A stretch of DNA of 18,635 nucleotides. It comes from Candidatus Hydrogenedentota bacterium. Its GTDB lineage: Bacteria; Hydrogenedentota; Hydrogenedentia; Hydrogenedentales; JAEUWI01. Position 1 is the first letter of the stretch. Each line of letters starts with the position of its first letter. The notes beneath the pieces were generated by a model, which worked only from the letters and a program-made list of their open reading frames with translations, searched no databases and was not told the DNA's origin. Positions 1 through 8,587 of this stretch are shown here, piece after piece. Both the position numbers and the translations under genes were made by a program. The stretch is from positions 1 to 18,635 of the forward strand of contig JAXMOL010000081.1 of the NCBI GenBank assembly GCA_034669905.1, in the 5' to 3' direction.

Positions 1-16
1 GACGCTCTTCCGATCT
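1..16 (+). other. Illumina TruSeq adapter remnant (sequencing artefact)
   Basis: GACGCTCTTCCGATCT is the 3' end of the TruSeq read-1 primer/adapter. It sits at the contig edge and interrupts the hexamer array. Confidence 0.95.
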
Positions 17-166
17 CTTCACCTTCACCTTCACCTTCACCTTCGCCTTCGCCTTCGCCTTCGCCTTCGCCTTCGCCTTCACCTTCACCTTCACCTTCAC
101 CTTCACCTTCACCTTCACCTTCACCTTCGCCTTCACCTTCACCTTCACCTTCGCCTTCGCCTTCAC
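17..166 (-). repeat. Coding hexamer tandem repeat (CTTCAC/CTTCGC)x25, encoding (Gly-Glu)n
   Basis: 25 units counted on + in blocks of 4A,6G,8A,1G,3A,2G,1A. Reads GGT/GGC GAA on the minus strand, in frame with the upstream beta-propeller gene. Confidence 0.97.
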
Positions 167-1631
167 CACCGGCCTCCACAAAGCCAAGCTTCACCAGAAA
201 GCCATCGGTGTTTCCCTCGGGTGCCGTCAGGTTTGCTTCGCCCACACCGGGGTCAAAATCGACCGTAAGCTCAAAGGTACCCGCCACAAACACACTGTGA
301 TCAGCGTCGACCTTGATGGACTCACCCTGATCGAAACCCGCGCCTGGAAATTGCTTTCCCCATACGTAATCGCCGTTCACATCCAAGCGGGAAACGAAGA
401 TATCCGTTACCCCCCCGGTCGTCACATTGGCCTCGCCTGCACCCGGGTCCAGGTCAATGGTCCCCTGAAAATAGCCCGTCGTGTATACGCTGCCATCGGT
501 ACCCACGGTAATGGCAAGGCCGGTATCCCGGTTATTGCCCCCCAGCGACCGCGCCCACACATGATTCCCGTCGGAATCCAGCTTGGAAATAAAGACACTG
601 TCGGAAAGAGAATAAATCTCGTCTGTCCCCGCACCGGGGTCGAAGTCCACGGTTCCCGAGTAATAACCCGTTGTGTACACATTGCCCATGCTATCGGCGG
701 CAATCCCCTCACCCTGTTCAATACCCGTGCCCCCCATCTGCCGGGCCCAGAGCAACATACCATCCGAATTCAGCTTGGCCGCGTAGATGTCCGTCACGCC
801 AAAACTCGTCAGCGTGGACTCGCCCTCACTGGGATCGAAATCTACCGTATCCGTAAAACGGCCCACGATACACGGGTTGTCCATACCGTCCACCGCCAGG
901 CCAAAGCCCTCCTCCCGACCGCTGCCGCTGAAGGCACCCGCCCACGCGAAATTGCCGTCCGCGTCGAGCTTGAACACGAAGGCATCTTCGTTGCCCGCGC
1001 TGGCGATACTCATCACCTCGGCGCTCGGGTCAAAATCGAGGGTGCCACGGAAGAACCCCGTGCTGTAGACAGCCCCCATGCTGTCTACATCCATCCCCCG
1101 GAGATTGTCGGTAAAGCTGTTCCCAATAGCCCGGGCCCACAGGAAATCACCCGCCGGGTCCAGTTTCAACACAAAAATATCCGAACTCCCCCGGCTGCTC
1201 AGCGTCGTGGTTCCGTCGCCCGGGTCGAAATCGACCGACCCCGTAAACGTACCGCCGACGAAAACGTTCCCGGAGCTATCAAGGGCGATGTGCGTCACTT
1301 CATCGCGCAAGGTACCGCCAAAATTGCGCGACCAGACCAGGGCCCCCGCCCCATCCAGTTTACACACGAAGATATCGTCGGAACCGTTGCTACTTACTTC
1401 GACCGTCCCTGCACCGGGGTCTAAGTCCACCGTCCCCCGGAATCGCCCCGTCACATAGCTGTTGCCACTGCTGTCCAAGGCGACGCCCAACGCCTGATTA
1501 TCTTCGGAGCCACTGAAGCCCCCGACAAAATCCAACTCCACGTCTTGCCCTTCGGCAACCGTGGGTAGCCCCGTCCAGCCCAGACACAGCAACGCGCAAC
1601 ACACCAAACGACCTGACCGCATGAATCCCAT
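17..1631 (-). CDS. Secreted SBBP-repeat (seven-bladed beta-propeller) protein with GE-repeat linker, 3'-partial
   Basis: Manual translation: ATG at 1631 after a GAGGAG RBS; signal-peptide-like MGFMRSGRLVCCALLCLGWTGLPTVAEG; then repeats such as GVALDSSGNSYVTGRFRGTVDLDPGAG...DIFVCKLDGAGALVWSRNFGG. Seven D(F/L)DP(G/S) motifs occur about 190-200 nt apart. Ends ...TDGFLVKLGFVEAGGEGEGE in the same frame. It is probably absent from the ORF track because there is no stop before the contig end. Confidence 0.92.
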
Positions 1632-1897
1632 GAAACGACTCCTCACAATGTGCCAAGGGCACGTAGTGACGGAATAACGCCGCCTGAAATCACAGGGCAT
1701 ATCGAACAATACGCCTACCGTTCTGCCAACAAGCACGCCGTTCCGTCGGATGATAGATTACGCACCAGCCAAACCGGGTCCGGGCGATGGATACCACCCA
1801 ACGTCACGAACACGAAAGCAGATGCCCTATCCAGACCTCCACATCGATCCTATACCACTTCCCCAGAGGCTTACAAATGCGGCGTACGGGTCATCAG

Positions 1898-2116
1898 TCA
1901 GCCTTCCCGTTTTTCGAATTCCTCTGGAGCGGGGCGCTCCAGCGGTGGACCTTGCCACGCGCCAAACAGGTCAGCGTATCCGTCGGGCCATTCATTGGTC
2001 ACCTCCCGCTCGATAAGCTGGACAAGGTATCTGGAGACCGGCAACTGGGCTTCTTCGGCCTTTTGCCGCACCTTATTCGCCACCCAATCTGGCACGTAAC
2101 ACGATAAATGCTGCAT
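1898..2116 (-). CDS. CopG/ribbon-helix-helix protein, VapB-like antitoxin (72 aa)
   Basis: Start moved to MQHLSCYVPD (GGAGG 7 nt upstream). Beta-strand-helix-helix pattern LSCYVPDWVANKVRQKAEEAQLPVSRYLVQLI, followed by a WPDGYADLFGAW...LERP tail like that of RHH VapB-type antitoxins. Confidence 0.7.
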   Translation of the reverse strand: MQHLSCYVPDWVANKVRQKAEEAQLPVSRYLVQLIEREVTNEWPDGYADLFGAWQGPPLERPAPEEFEKREG

Positions 2117-2179
2117 CCAACTTCCTCCGCTCGACATATCGGGCATTGCCTTTGTTCACGATTGAACTCAACGAAAAAG

Positions 2180-3322
2180 TCAGATACGCGCAATGGATTC
2201 AGGCTTAATTCGAAACCGAATCATTCCAGTTCCGCCAAAATTGCTAGCAGGTAGTTCAAGTTCCAGAAATTCAATATTAGGAATTGGCGATTCAAATACC
2301 AAGACGTCGCTTAGGGATGTACCCGGATAGAGAGAATCCGACTCTATAGAACCAACTACCTCCTCTCCAAACCCGAACGAGACTCGCTTGTACACGTTGC
2401 CAAAATTATCCTGTAGAGTCGCAAAGTCTCTCTCGAATGAATAGTCCTTTCCATTCCAGGACGAGTACTCTAACTTTTTCTGCGCACTTTCATTGAAAAG
2501 TGACAGGCGAACTCCAAGGAGTGTTGAATTGGAGACACTCTCGCTCGAAGTTATTGAATTAACGACCGGAACATTACCTAATGACACTGCATCGATAGAA
2601 ACTTGCACGTCCCCCTGCCTGACGGGTGTATCCGCATAAGCCCATTCCGTCGCCTCCCCACCGGGAACTCCAAGAACCTGATTTGATTCGATGGCAATCC
2701 GATTGGATTCCTCAACAGCTTCAGAGATATCGTTCGCAACCATGGACGATATACCTATAGACACAAAAACTGAAAATCCACTAAATAGGAGTGCCAAGCC
2801 TGGTAACAATATGCCACGCCCCTTGGAGGCAAGAGCGATAATAACCCCGATAAATGCCAACACACCGCCTAGAAAGGCAAGGGGTAACCCCAATAGGCCA
2901 AGCATGGGTATCCAAGAAATCAAAAGAGCTGGTAGCGCAAGAATGAACGCAAATACCGCCAACACGAGTGATGTTGAGTTCGTTCGCTCAGGTAAATTCA
3001 CGTTGACAGTGGGGATTCCTCGGTCGTGTCCATCACGAACAACAGCCGAATCGAATCCTGGCACTTGCCCCTGTACGGCCGGCGAAGAAAACCGACTATC
3101 GGGGATTGGAGGCGGAGATGTCACTGATACCGGGCGAACGACTTCTTCGTTCGACTCACCATCTTTGTCTCGTTTCAAAAGAGCTCTTAACTCGTTGTAG
3201 CGCAATTCAAGCTTATTTATCTCTGCGGATTCGCCATTGTCTTTCTTTAGCAATTTCCATTCTGACAAGACCGATTCCGCTTCACGCATCAACAATGCGC
3301 GAACTTCTTCCGACATTCCCAT
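2180..3322 (-). CDS. Membrane protein: charged N-terminus, 2-3 TM helices (DUF4190-like) and C-terminal Ig-like DUF4352-like domain
   Basis: ORF of about 380 aa. Hydrophobic block SLVLAVFAFILALPALLISWIPMLGLLGLPLAFLGGVLAFIG; C-terminal ATLQDNFGNVYK...SLYPGTSLSDVLVFE pattern. Start uncertain (3337 GTG, 3322 or 3316 ATG). Confidence 0.7.
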   Translation of the reverse strand: MGMSEEVRALLMREAESVLSEWKLLKKDNGESAEINKLELRYNELRALLKRDKDGESNEEVVRPVSVTSPPPIPDSRFSSPAVQGQVPGFDSAVVRDGHDRGIPTVNVNLPERTNSTSLVLAVFAFILALPALLISWIPMLGLLGLPLAFLGGVLAFIGVIIALASKGRGILLPGLALLFSGFSVFVSIGISSMVANDISEAVEESNRIAIESNQVLGVPGGEATEWAYADTPVRQGDVQVSIDAVSLGNVPVVNSITSSESVSNSTLLGVRLSLFNESAQKKLEYSSWNGKDYSFERDFATLQDNFGNVYKRVSFGFGEEVVGSIESDSLYPGTSLSDVLVFESPIPNIEFLELELPASNFGGTGMIRFRIKPESIARI

Positions 3323-3659
3323 TACCTTTTCCCTCACCTCGTTACACTCGTTTACGTCGTTTGCGCAGCACTAGCACCCATTAAGAATCTAGAAGTGCTA
3401 GAAATGCTACACCACTTGTGTGTAGCGATACAAATGCGGTCTCCACACCTTACCCCGCTCGAAGGTGTCATCCCTTTAGCAACAAACAAGTCCTGGTAAG
3501 ACAAATAATAACGAGTTTCAAGAGCCAGATACATCAGGCACTCGGAAGTTACGGAAAGCCATAGGAACTAGTTTTCCCGACTTCAATTCATTCGCCAGCG
3601 ATCGTGCAAATTGTATGGGCAGGCAGATGAAATTAATTCCCAGTGAGTGTCAGGATTCC

Positions 3660-4742
3660 CTACCCCTTCCGCCCCACGGCACCCTTCATTTTCGCCAACA
3701 ACTGAGAGCTCACAGGCATACTCCCCAAGGCCAACAGCACGAGATCATCCAGATAGCCAATGGGCCCAAACAAGGCCTCGGGCAGCAGGTCGGCGGGCAT
3801 GAGAAAGTAGGCCCCGGCAAGGAGGAATATCACGTAGCCTGCCAGGTTGCTGAGTAGCTCAATGATATGGGCTACGGGCTGAGGCAGGTAACTCTCTTCC
3901 AGCAGTCTTGTCGCATAGACCTTGCCCGTGTCGCGGCTGTATTCAAGGAGTCCCGCATCGGCAAGAGCGTTTAGCTCCCGGGTGGCGTGTGCCGGTGGCG
4001 CGCCGGTGGTGTGGTTGCCACCCAGGTAGAAAAGCACTTCCCGCTCGGTCAGGGGGCGCTGCCGCACTTCCAGGAGCATCTCGCGAAGGGCCGGACGGAG
4101 TTGAAGACGTTCCTCGATACCCCGGGGCAAATACAGAGTCTCGCGCCAGAGCAACATGAATCCGGCAAACCAGAGGAGATAGGCCGTAATAATCCCCAGA
4201 TTCCAGGGGTGTAATCCGTAGAGCAGGGGTAAGCTGATGAATAGGATAAAGCCCTTGTAGGACTTATAGGCGAAGGAGGTGACCAGCACAAAGGCGCACA
4301 GCAGGTAGAGGGGACTGGCCGTTACGGTGGCGACACCTTCACCGGTGAACTTGCTGAGGAGTCCAATCACATTGCCCTGAAGGGATTGATAGACCCGCGC
4401 CAGGGGCCAGTCTCCCTGGTTTCCGAGTACGTGGGTCAAGCCCATGAGGGCCGTGACAAAAATGACCAGCGCCGAAATAACCGCCGGCATCTCATAGAAG
4501 GAGCCCAGCCGGGGCCGCAGCAGGAAGAGAAAGGCCACGGTGATCAGGGTCAACACGGTAGCCGGCACCACGTAGGCATGGTGCACCCAAATCCCACTCC
4601 GCAAGATGAGCTGGGCAATCGCCGAGCCCATGAGAAACCAACCGACCAGGTTGGTCGTCCACTCGAAGCGGTACTCCGCCGTGGTCGAGGGGGCGAGCGC
4701 ATGGGGCGACACCCCACCCGGCAAGGCGCGCGTGTCCGTCAT
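3660..4742 (-). CDS. Polytopic membrane protein with winged-helix-like insert and C-terminal DUF1232 (YkvA) domain
   Basis: About 6 N-terminal hydrophobic segments. C-terminal AYFLMPADLLPEALFGPIGYLDD matches the YkvA pattern Y..SP.DLIPD....G.LDD. ATGA overlap with the upstream gene. Confidence 0.8.
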   Translation of the reverse strand: MTDTRALPGGVSPHALAPSTTAEYRFEWTTNLVGWFLMGSAIAQLILRSGIWVHHAYVVPATVLTLITVAFLFLLRPRLGSFYEMPAVISALVIFVTALMGLTHVLGNQGDWPLARVYQSLQGNVIGLLSKFTGEGVATVTASPLYLLCAFVLVTSFAYKSYKGFILFISLPLLYGLHPWNLGIITAYLLWFAGFMLLWRETLYLPRGIEERLQLRPALREMLLEVRQRPLTEREVLFYLGGNHTTGAPPAHATRELNALADAGLLEYSRDTGKVYATRLLEESYLPQPVAHIIELLSNLAGYVIFLLAGAYFLMPADLLPEALFGPIGYLDDLVLLALGSMPVSSQLLAKMKGAVGRKG

Positions 4743-5254
4743 GGCAGGTACTCCTTGAACTTGTCATTGCGCGCAAAGGTCTCGTCAAGGGTCTTGAGGC
4801 GATTATGGAGATGGTCCTGAAGGATGCTGCATTGTATCGAGTCCACGATAAGGCTCCCTTCGCCACCACCCAAGGGATATTTCTTCCCCGTAATCAACTC
4901 CCAGGCGCGGGTATAGGAGGCGTGGGCACCCTTGAGTTTGTCGTTGTCGTTGAGCCAGCTATAGCCCTCTTCATAAAGTTGGTCCCCATGGGCACGGAGT
5001 TGCTCCGCCGCCTTGAGCTTATCCGCCACCGTCATGGATTCCTTCACCATAGTCGCTTCGGGCGTCGGTGCCTTGGGATCGGGCGCCAGGTAGGCGAGCA
5101 CGTTGATGACCAGCGCGATGGCCGCGAGCAGCAAGGGTGCCAGATAGCGCGTGACACCATGCCCGGAATGGGTTGGTGGTGTGGGCTCAGGCGGACGCTG
5201 GGGTAAGACATCCCCCACGGCCGTGTTGGGGTCCTGGGGTTGGATTTCATTCAT
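4739..5254 (-). CDS. Single-TM protein with helical (TPR-like) soluble domain, hypothetical
   Basis: AAGGAG lies 8 nt upstream of ATG 5254. Pro-rich N-terminus, TM LAPLLLAAIALVINVLAYLA, then helices AEQLRAHGDQLYEEG...AHASYTRAWEL. Its stop overlaps the next start. Confidence 0.75.
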   Translation of the reverse strand: MNEIQPQDPNTAVGDVLPQRPPEPTPPTHSGHGVTRYLAPLLLAAIALVINVLAYLAPDPKAPTPEATMVKESMTVADKLKAAEQLRAHGDQLYEEGYSWLNDNDKLKGAHASYTRAWELITGKKYPLGGGEGSLIVDSIQCSILQDHLHNRLKTLDETFARNDKFKEYLP

Positions 5255-5393
5255 GGGGGCCACTCCTTGGGTTAGTTAGGCCATTGTAACGGTAAGTACC
5301 CACCCGAGTTAAAATTGATTCGCGTATTCTCTATCCCCAATACCATCCCCGGAGGCGTCTTGGGGTTTCTTTACCCACCCTCCCATTTACAAT

Positions 5394-5422
5394 TCTACAT
5401 TCTTACGCATCCGTGCTATCAT
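5394..5422 (+). promoter_or_regulatory. Putative sigma70 promoter with extended -10, probably giving a leaderless mRNA
   Basis: TCTACA-17 nt-TATCAT with TGn extension (TGCTATCAT 5414-5422). ATG 5429 follows after a 6-nt gap, with no SD. Confidence 0.5.
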
Positions 5423-5428
5423 GACCCC

Positions 5429-6715
5429 ATGAACAATCTCATCTGGTTCATCGCCGGTGGTGTGGCCCTGGCCGCCGCCTTTTTTCTGCAGAGCCCTTAC
5501 ATGGCCTTCGCGGTCTATACCTTCCTGTTACTGGTGGGGTTGGCCCACTTTTCCTCCATGGCCTGGCTCTCCGGCCTGGACTGCACGCGGACGGTTTCAA
5601 CCGACACCGTGCTGCAAGGCGAAGAGATCACGATCACGGTGCTGGTGGAAAACAAACGGGGCTGGCCCATCCCCTGGATTTTCATCGAAGACTACCACCC
5701 GAAAGATTTTCCCCGGGTAGGCCAAAACAAAATGCTGGCCTTCATCATGCCCGGCCATTCCGTATCCTTCGAATACCGCCTCCGCTGTCCCCGCCGGGGC
5801 TACCACCGTATCGGTCCCCTGCTCATGGAATCCGGCGATCTCTTTGGCCTCCAACGCCGCTTTCGGACGGGCGTCCGGCAGGACTATGTCTCCGTGTTGC
5901 CCACCGTGGCCTACATCGATACCTTCAACGTGGCCACCAAGCGCCCCCAGGGGCCCGTTAAGCTTTCCAACCGTATCTACGCCGACCCCACACGCATCAA
6001 CAGCATTCGTGAATACGCGCCCGGCGACCCCCTCAATACCATCCACTGGAAAGCCACCGCACGCACTGGCTCGCTCCATGTAAAAACCTACGAACCCTCC
6101 AGCGTCCTCGGCGGCACCCTGGTCCTCGATCTCCACGGAGACAGCTACAAGCCCGACCGCAAGGAAGAGCGGATGGAGCTGGCCATCACGACCACCGCTT
6201 CCATCGCTTATCTCCTCCAGATGTCGGGCGAGCAAGTGGGACTGATCACCAACGCCCGCGATGCCGCCGAGGTGGCCCAGTACGACATTGCCCGCCACGA
6301 AACCTTGAGCCGGCAGGAAGTCGACGCCGAAGTGGAAGGGGAACTCATCTCCACCACCATCAGTCCCCTGTGTGTGGAAACAACCCGCGGCCCCTTTCAA
6401 ATCCAACGTATCACCCGTAACCTGGCACGCGTCCTCCCCACCGATGGCCTCGACGGACTGGGCCTGGTGATGAGCCAGTACCACATGTTGCCCCGGGACG
6501 CCACCCTGATGATCGTGGCCCCCATCATCACCGAGCGCATGGCCCATGCCCTGGCGGCCATCAAGCTTTCTGGATTTAATGTAACCGTATTTCTGATCAT
6601 GGATCAGGGCGCCTATGAGGAAGCGGCTTCCTTCCTGGCGCCCCACCACATCCCCGTATTTCACATCGAACACGAGCGTAGTTTGCATGAGATCTCCCCA
6701 GCACGCATCGGATAG
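5429..6715 (+). CDS. DUF58 domain-containing membrane protein (vWA-like; MoxR-associated family)
   Basis: Signature IREYAPGDPLNTIHWKATARTGSLHVKTYE, RRGYHRIGPL...SGDLFGL and two N-terminal TMs. Start reassigned to MNNLIW. Confidence 0.92.
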   Translation: MNNLIWFIAGGVALAAAFFLQSPYMAFAVYTFLLLVGLAHFSSMAWLSGLDCTRTVSTDTVLQGEEITITVLVENKRGWPIPWIFIEDYHPKDFPRVGQNKMLAFIMPGHSVSFEYRLRCPRRGYHRIGPLLMESGDLFGLQRRFRTGVRQDYVSVLPTVAYIDTFNVATKRPQGPVKLSNRIYADPTRINSIREYAPGDPLNTIHWKATARTGSLHVKTYEPSSVLGGTLVLDLHGDSYKPDRKEERMELAITTTASIAYLLQMSGEQVGLITNARDAAEVAQYDIARHETLSRQEVDAEVEGELISTTISPLCVETTRGPFQIQRITRNLARVLPTDGLDGLGLVMSQYHMLPRDATLMIVAPIITERMAHALAAIKLSGFNVTVFLIMDQGAYEEAASFLAPHHIPVFHIEHERSLHEISPARIG

Positions 6716-6728
6716 GCGACGCCCCGCA

Positions 6729-8486
6729 ATGGCCAGCACGGATTTTCATTCCCTGCTCAATTCGCCCGATCCCAAAACCATCGATGAGGATGCCCCAGTT
6801 GAAGAGGGGGCTACCGACTATCGTTCGCTGGTGCACAGTGACCGCCAGCCCCTGGAGCGCACCCCGCCCAAGACCCTCGCGGACTGGGCCATTGATTTTT
6901 CGACGCCCCTCCTCATCTTCGTCATGGTCTACTCCGTCATTTTCTTTCTCCTCGATGTGCGCTTTATCTACACCGAGGTAAACGACACCCCCATGCGTTT
7001 CGTAGCCTTTTTCTTTGTCGTGGGGGTGGTCGCCTGCAATCGCATCTTTGCCCGGGACAGCTCCCCGGACTCCCTCCTGCTCCCCATCATCTTTGCCGGA
7101 ACCATTGGCCTCTACACCCTGTCCTCTTCGACCTTTTACGATACGAGTGGCTCCTTTGCCCACAACTTCATGAACGATGCCCCCTGGCTCGCCACGGGCT
7201 TCAACATGGCCGTCATCGCCATCATCTGGTGGGTGGTCAATCGCCTGACCCACGAATGCTGCGTCGACGAGAACAAGACCGCCGGGGACGAAGGCATCCT
7301 CACGGGAACGGCCCGCAAGTTTCACGCGGCCATGCGCCCCAAGACACCCGCCGAACTCGAGCCTGGGCTCTATGAAAACGCCTCCCACGCGGCCTTTGCA
7401 AAAGCCCAGGGCAAAGCCATGATGCCAATGAACGTCATTGAGGCCTATGACCCCACGGAAGGCTACACGCCCAAGCGGAAACCCCAGCCCAAATACAACC
7501 TGGACCGTTCCCAACGGCTTTCCAAACGGCACCCCGGCGTTTCCATCCTCTATTTCTCAGTACCCGTCATGATTCTTTTCACGCTAGGGATACGGGTGGT
7601 ACAACAGGGCGGCGAAAGCTGGGTGGCCGCCGGGCACTTCTACGCGGGCATTTACACGGTCGCAACCCTGCTCTTACTTATGCTGACGAGCCTGGGCGGC
7701 CTCCGCCAATACTTCCGCGCGCGGATGATCGCCATGCCAGCCCTCATGGGCTATTTCTGGATGGTCTTGGGGGTGGTCATGACGGCCATGGTGATGCTGG
7801 CCGCCACCCAGATTCCCAAGCCCGCATTGCCCCCCATGGCCATTGTGGAAGAGCATCAGACCGATGCCTGGGCTCGGGGAAGCACCTTCCAGTTGGCCTC
7901 CACCGCGTCAAGACCCATGGAACTTCTTGAACAATCCCTCTTTATGGAACGGCTCGGCCAGGCCGTCCTTGCCGTCTTCGCCCTTTTCGCCCTCTATGCC
8001 CTCATGAAGTTCGGAGCGAACGTTGCTGCCGCCATGGCCCGCCAACGAAACCGCTTCCCCCGCTTCGTCATCCGCTTTTTCGACAGGCTGGAACGTATCC
8101 TCTCGCTCTTAACCAACGCACCCAGCCTCCCCCACCTGCGGCGACGCCACAAGATTGACCGGAGCATTGCCACCTGTAGTCCCTACACCAACTCCCTGGC
8201 AGAACGGGAGCAACGGAGTATGCCGGACCACGTCACCTACGCCTATGAGGCACTCTGCGCACTGGCCTATGATCTGGGCGTGCCACGGGAGACCGGACAA
8301 ACCCCCTACGAGTTTATCGAGGCCTTTCCCAAACCCATGCGCAACCTGAAAAAGCAGGCCCGGGAACTCACCGAGCTCTATGTGCAGGCGGCCTATTCGG
8401 GGAAAACCCTGGATTCTAATGCGGAGAATACCGTGCGGCGATTCTGGATAGCCTATGAACGGGCGCGAAAACGGGCACTCCGCTAA
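6729..8486 (+). CDS. Polytopic membrane protein with C-terminal DUF4129 domain
   Basis: About 8 hydrophobic segments. C-terminal AYEALCALAYDLGVPRETGQTPYEF...LTELYVQAAYSG is DUF4129-like. Start MASTDF lies 13 nt after the DUF58 stop. Confidence 0.85.
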   Translation: MASTDFHSLLNSPDPKTIDEDAPVEEGATDYRSLVHSDRQPLERTPPKTLADWAIDFSTPLLIFVMVYSVIFFLLDVRFIYTEVNDTPMRFVAFFFVVGVVACNRIFARDSSPDSLLLPIIFAGTIGLYTLSSSTFYDTSGSFAHNFMNDAPWLATGFNMAVIAIIWWVVNRLTHECCVDENKTAGDEGILTGTARKFHAAMRPKTPAELEPGLYENASHAAFAKAQGKAMMPMNVIEAYDPTEGYTPKRKPQPKYNLDRSQRLSKRHPGVSILYFSVPVMILFTLGIRVVQQGGESWVAAGHFYAGIYTVATLLLLMLTSLGGLRQYFRARMIAMPALMGYFWMVLGVVMTAMVMLAATQIPKPALPPMAIVEEHQTDAWARGSTFQLASTASRPMELLEQSLFMERLGQAVLAVFALFALYALMKFGANVAAAMARQRNRFPRFVIRFFDRLERILSLLTNAPSLPHLRRRHKIDRSIATCSPYTNSLAEREQRSMPDHVTYAYEALCALAYDLGVPRETGQTPYEFIEAFPKPMRNLKKQARELTELYVQAAYSGKTLDSNAENTVRRFWIAYERARKRALR

Positions 8487-8523
8487 AGCCCGGCGCGCAG
8501 GGCGGGCACGGGGCTAACAGTAG

Positions 8524-8553
8524 TTGCGACGCAGGGGATTGATTCTCTAGTAT
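8524..8553 (+). promoter_or_regulatory. Putative sigma70 promoter of the aldo/keto reductase
   Basis: TTGCGA-18 nt-TAGTAT, upstream of an AAGGAG RBS and ATG 8588. Confidence 0.4.
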
Positions 8554-8587
8554 ACCCCTATCGGCGTAGTTCAAAAAGGAGCGGCGA

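Noticed and set aside
17..166. Terminal hexamer arrays as telomeres or CRISPR repeats
   Set aside because: There are no spacers, the arrays are in frame with coding sequence, variation is confined to the synonymous Gly position, and both ends have the same orientation.
297..1424. 375-aa plus-strand ORF (also 787..1068, 1078..1458 and 422..763)
   Set aside because: Antisense or out-of-frame shadows of the SBBP-repeat gene, which has an RBS, a signal peptide and recognisable repeats.
1650..2107. Plus-strand ORFs of 149, 88 and 106 aa
   Set aside because: They overlap the RHH gene antisense and have no recognisable motifs.
3352..3534. 60-aa minus-strand ORF in the intergenic region
   Set aside because: No RBS or motif; its length is compatible with chance.
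5315..5428. N-terminal extensions given by the ORF track (DUF58; likewise the 6615, 10008, 10007 and 18285 starts)
   Set aside because: The extensions run through promoter or intergenic sequence or overlap neighbouring genes. Downstream starts fit RBS, promoter or family N-termini better.
5597..7532. Long minus-strand ORFs (380 and 311 aa); similarly 8633..9322, 10170..11105 and 11190..11780
   Set aside because: Antisense shadows of confidently identified genes, which are common in GC-rich DNA.
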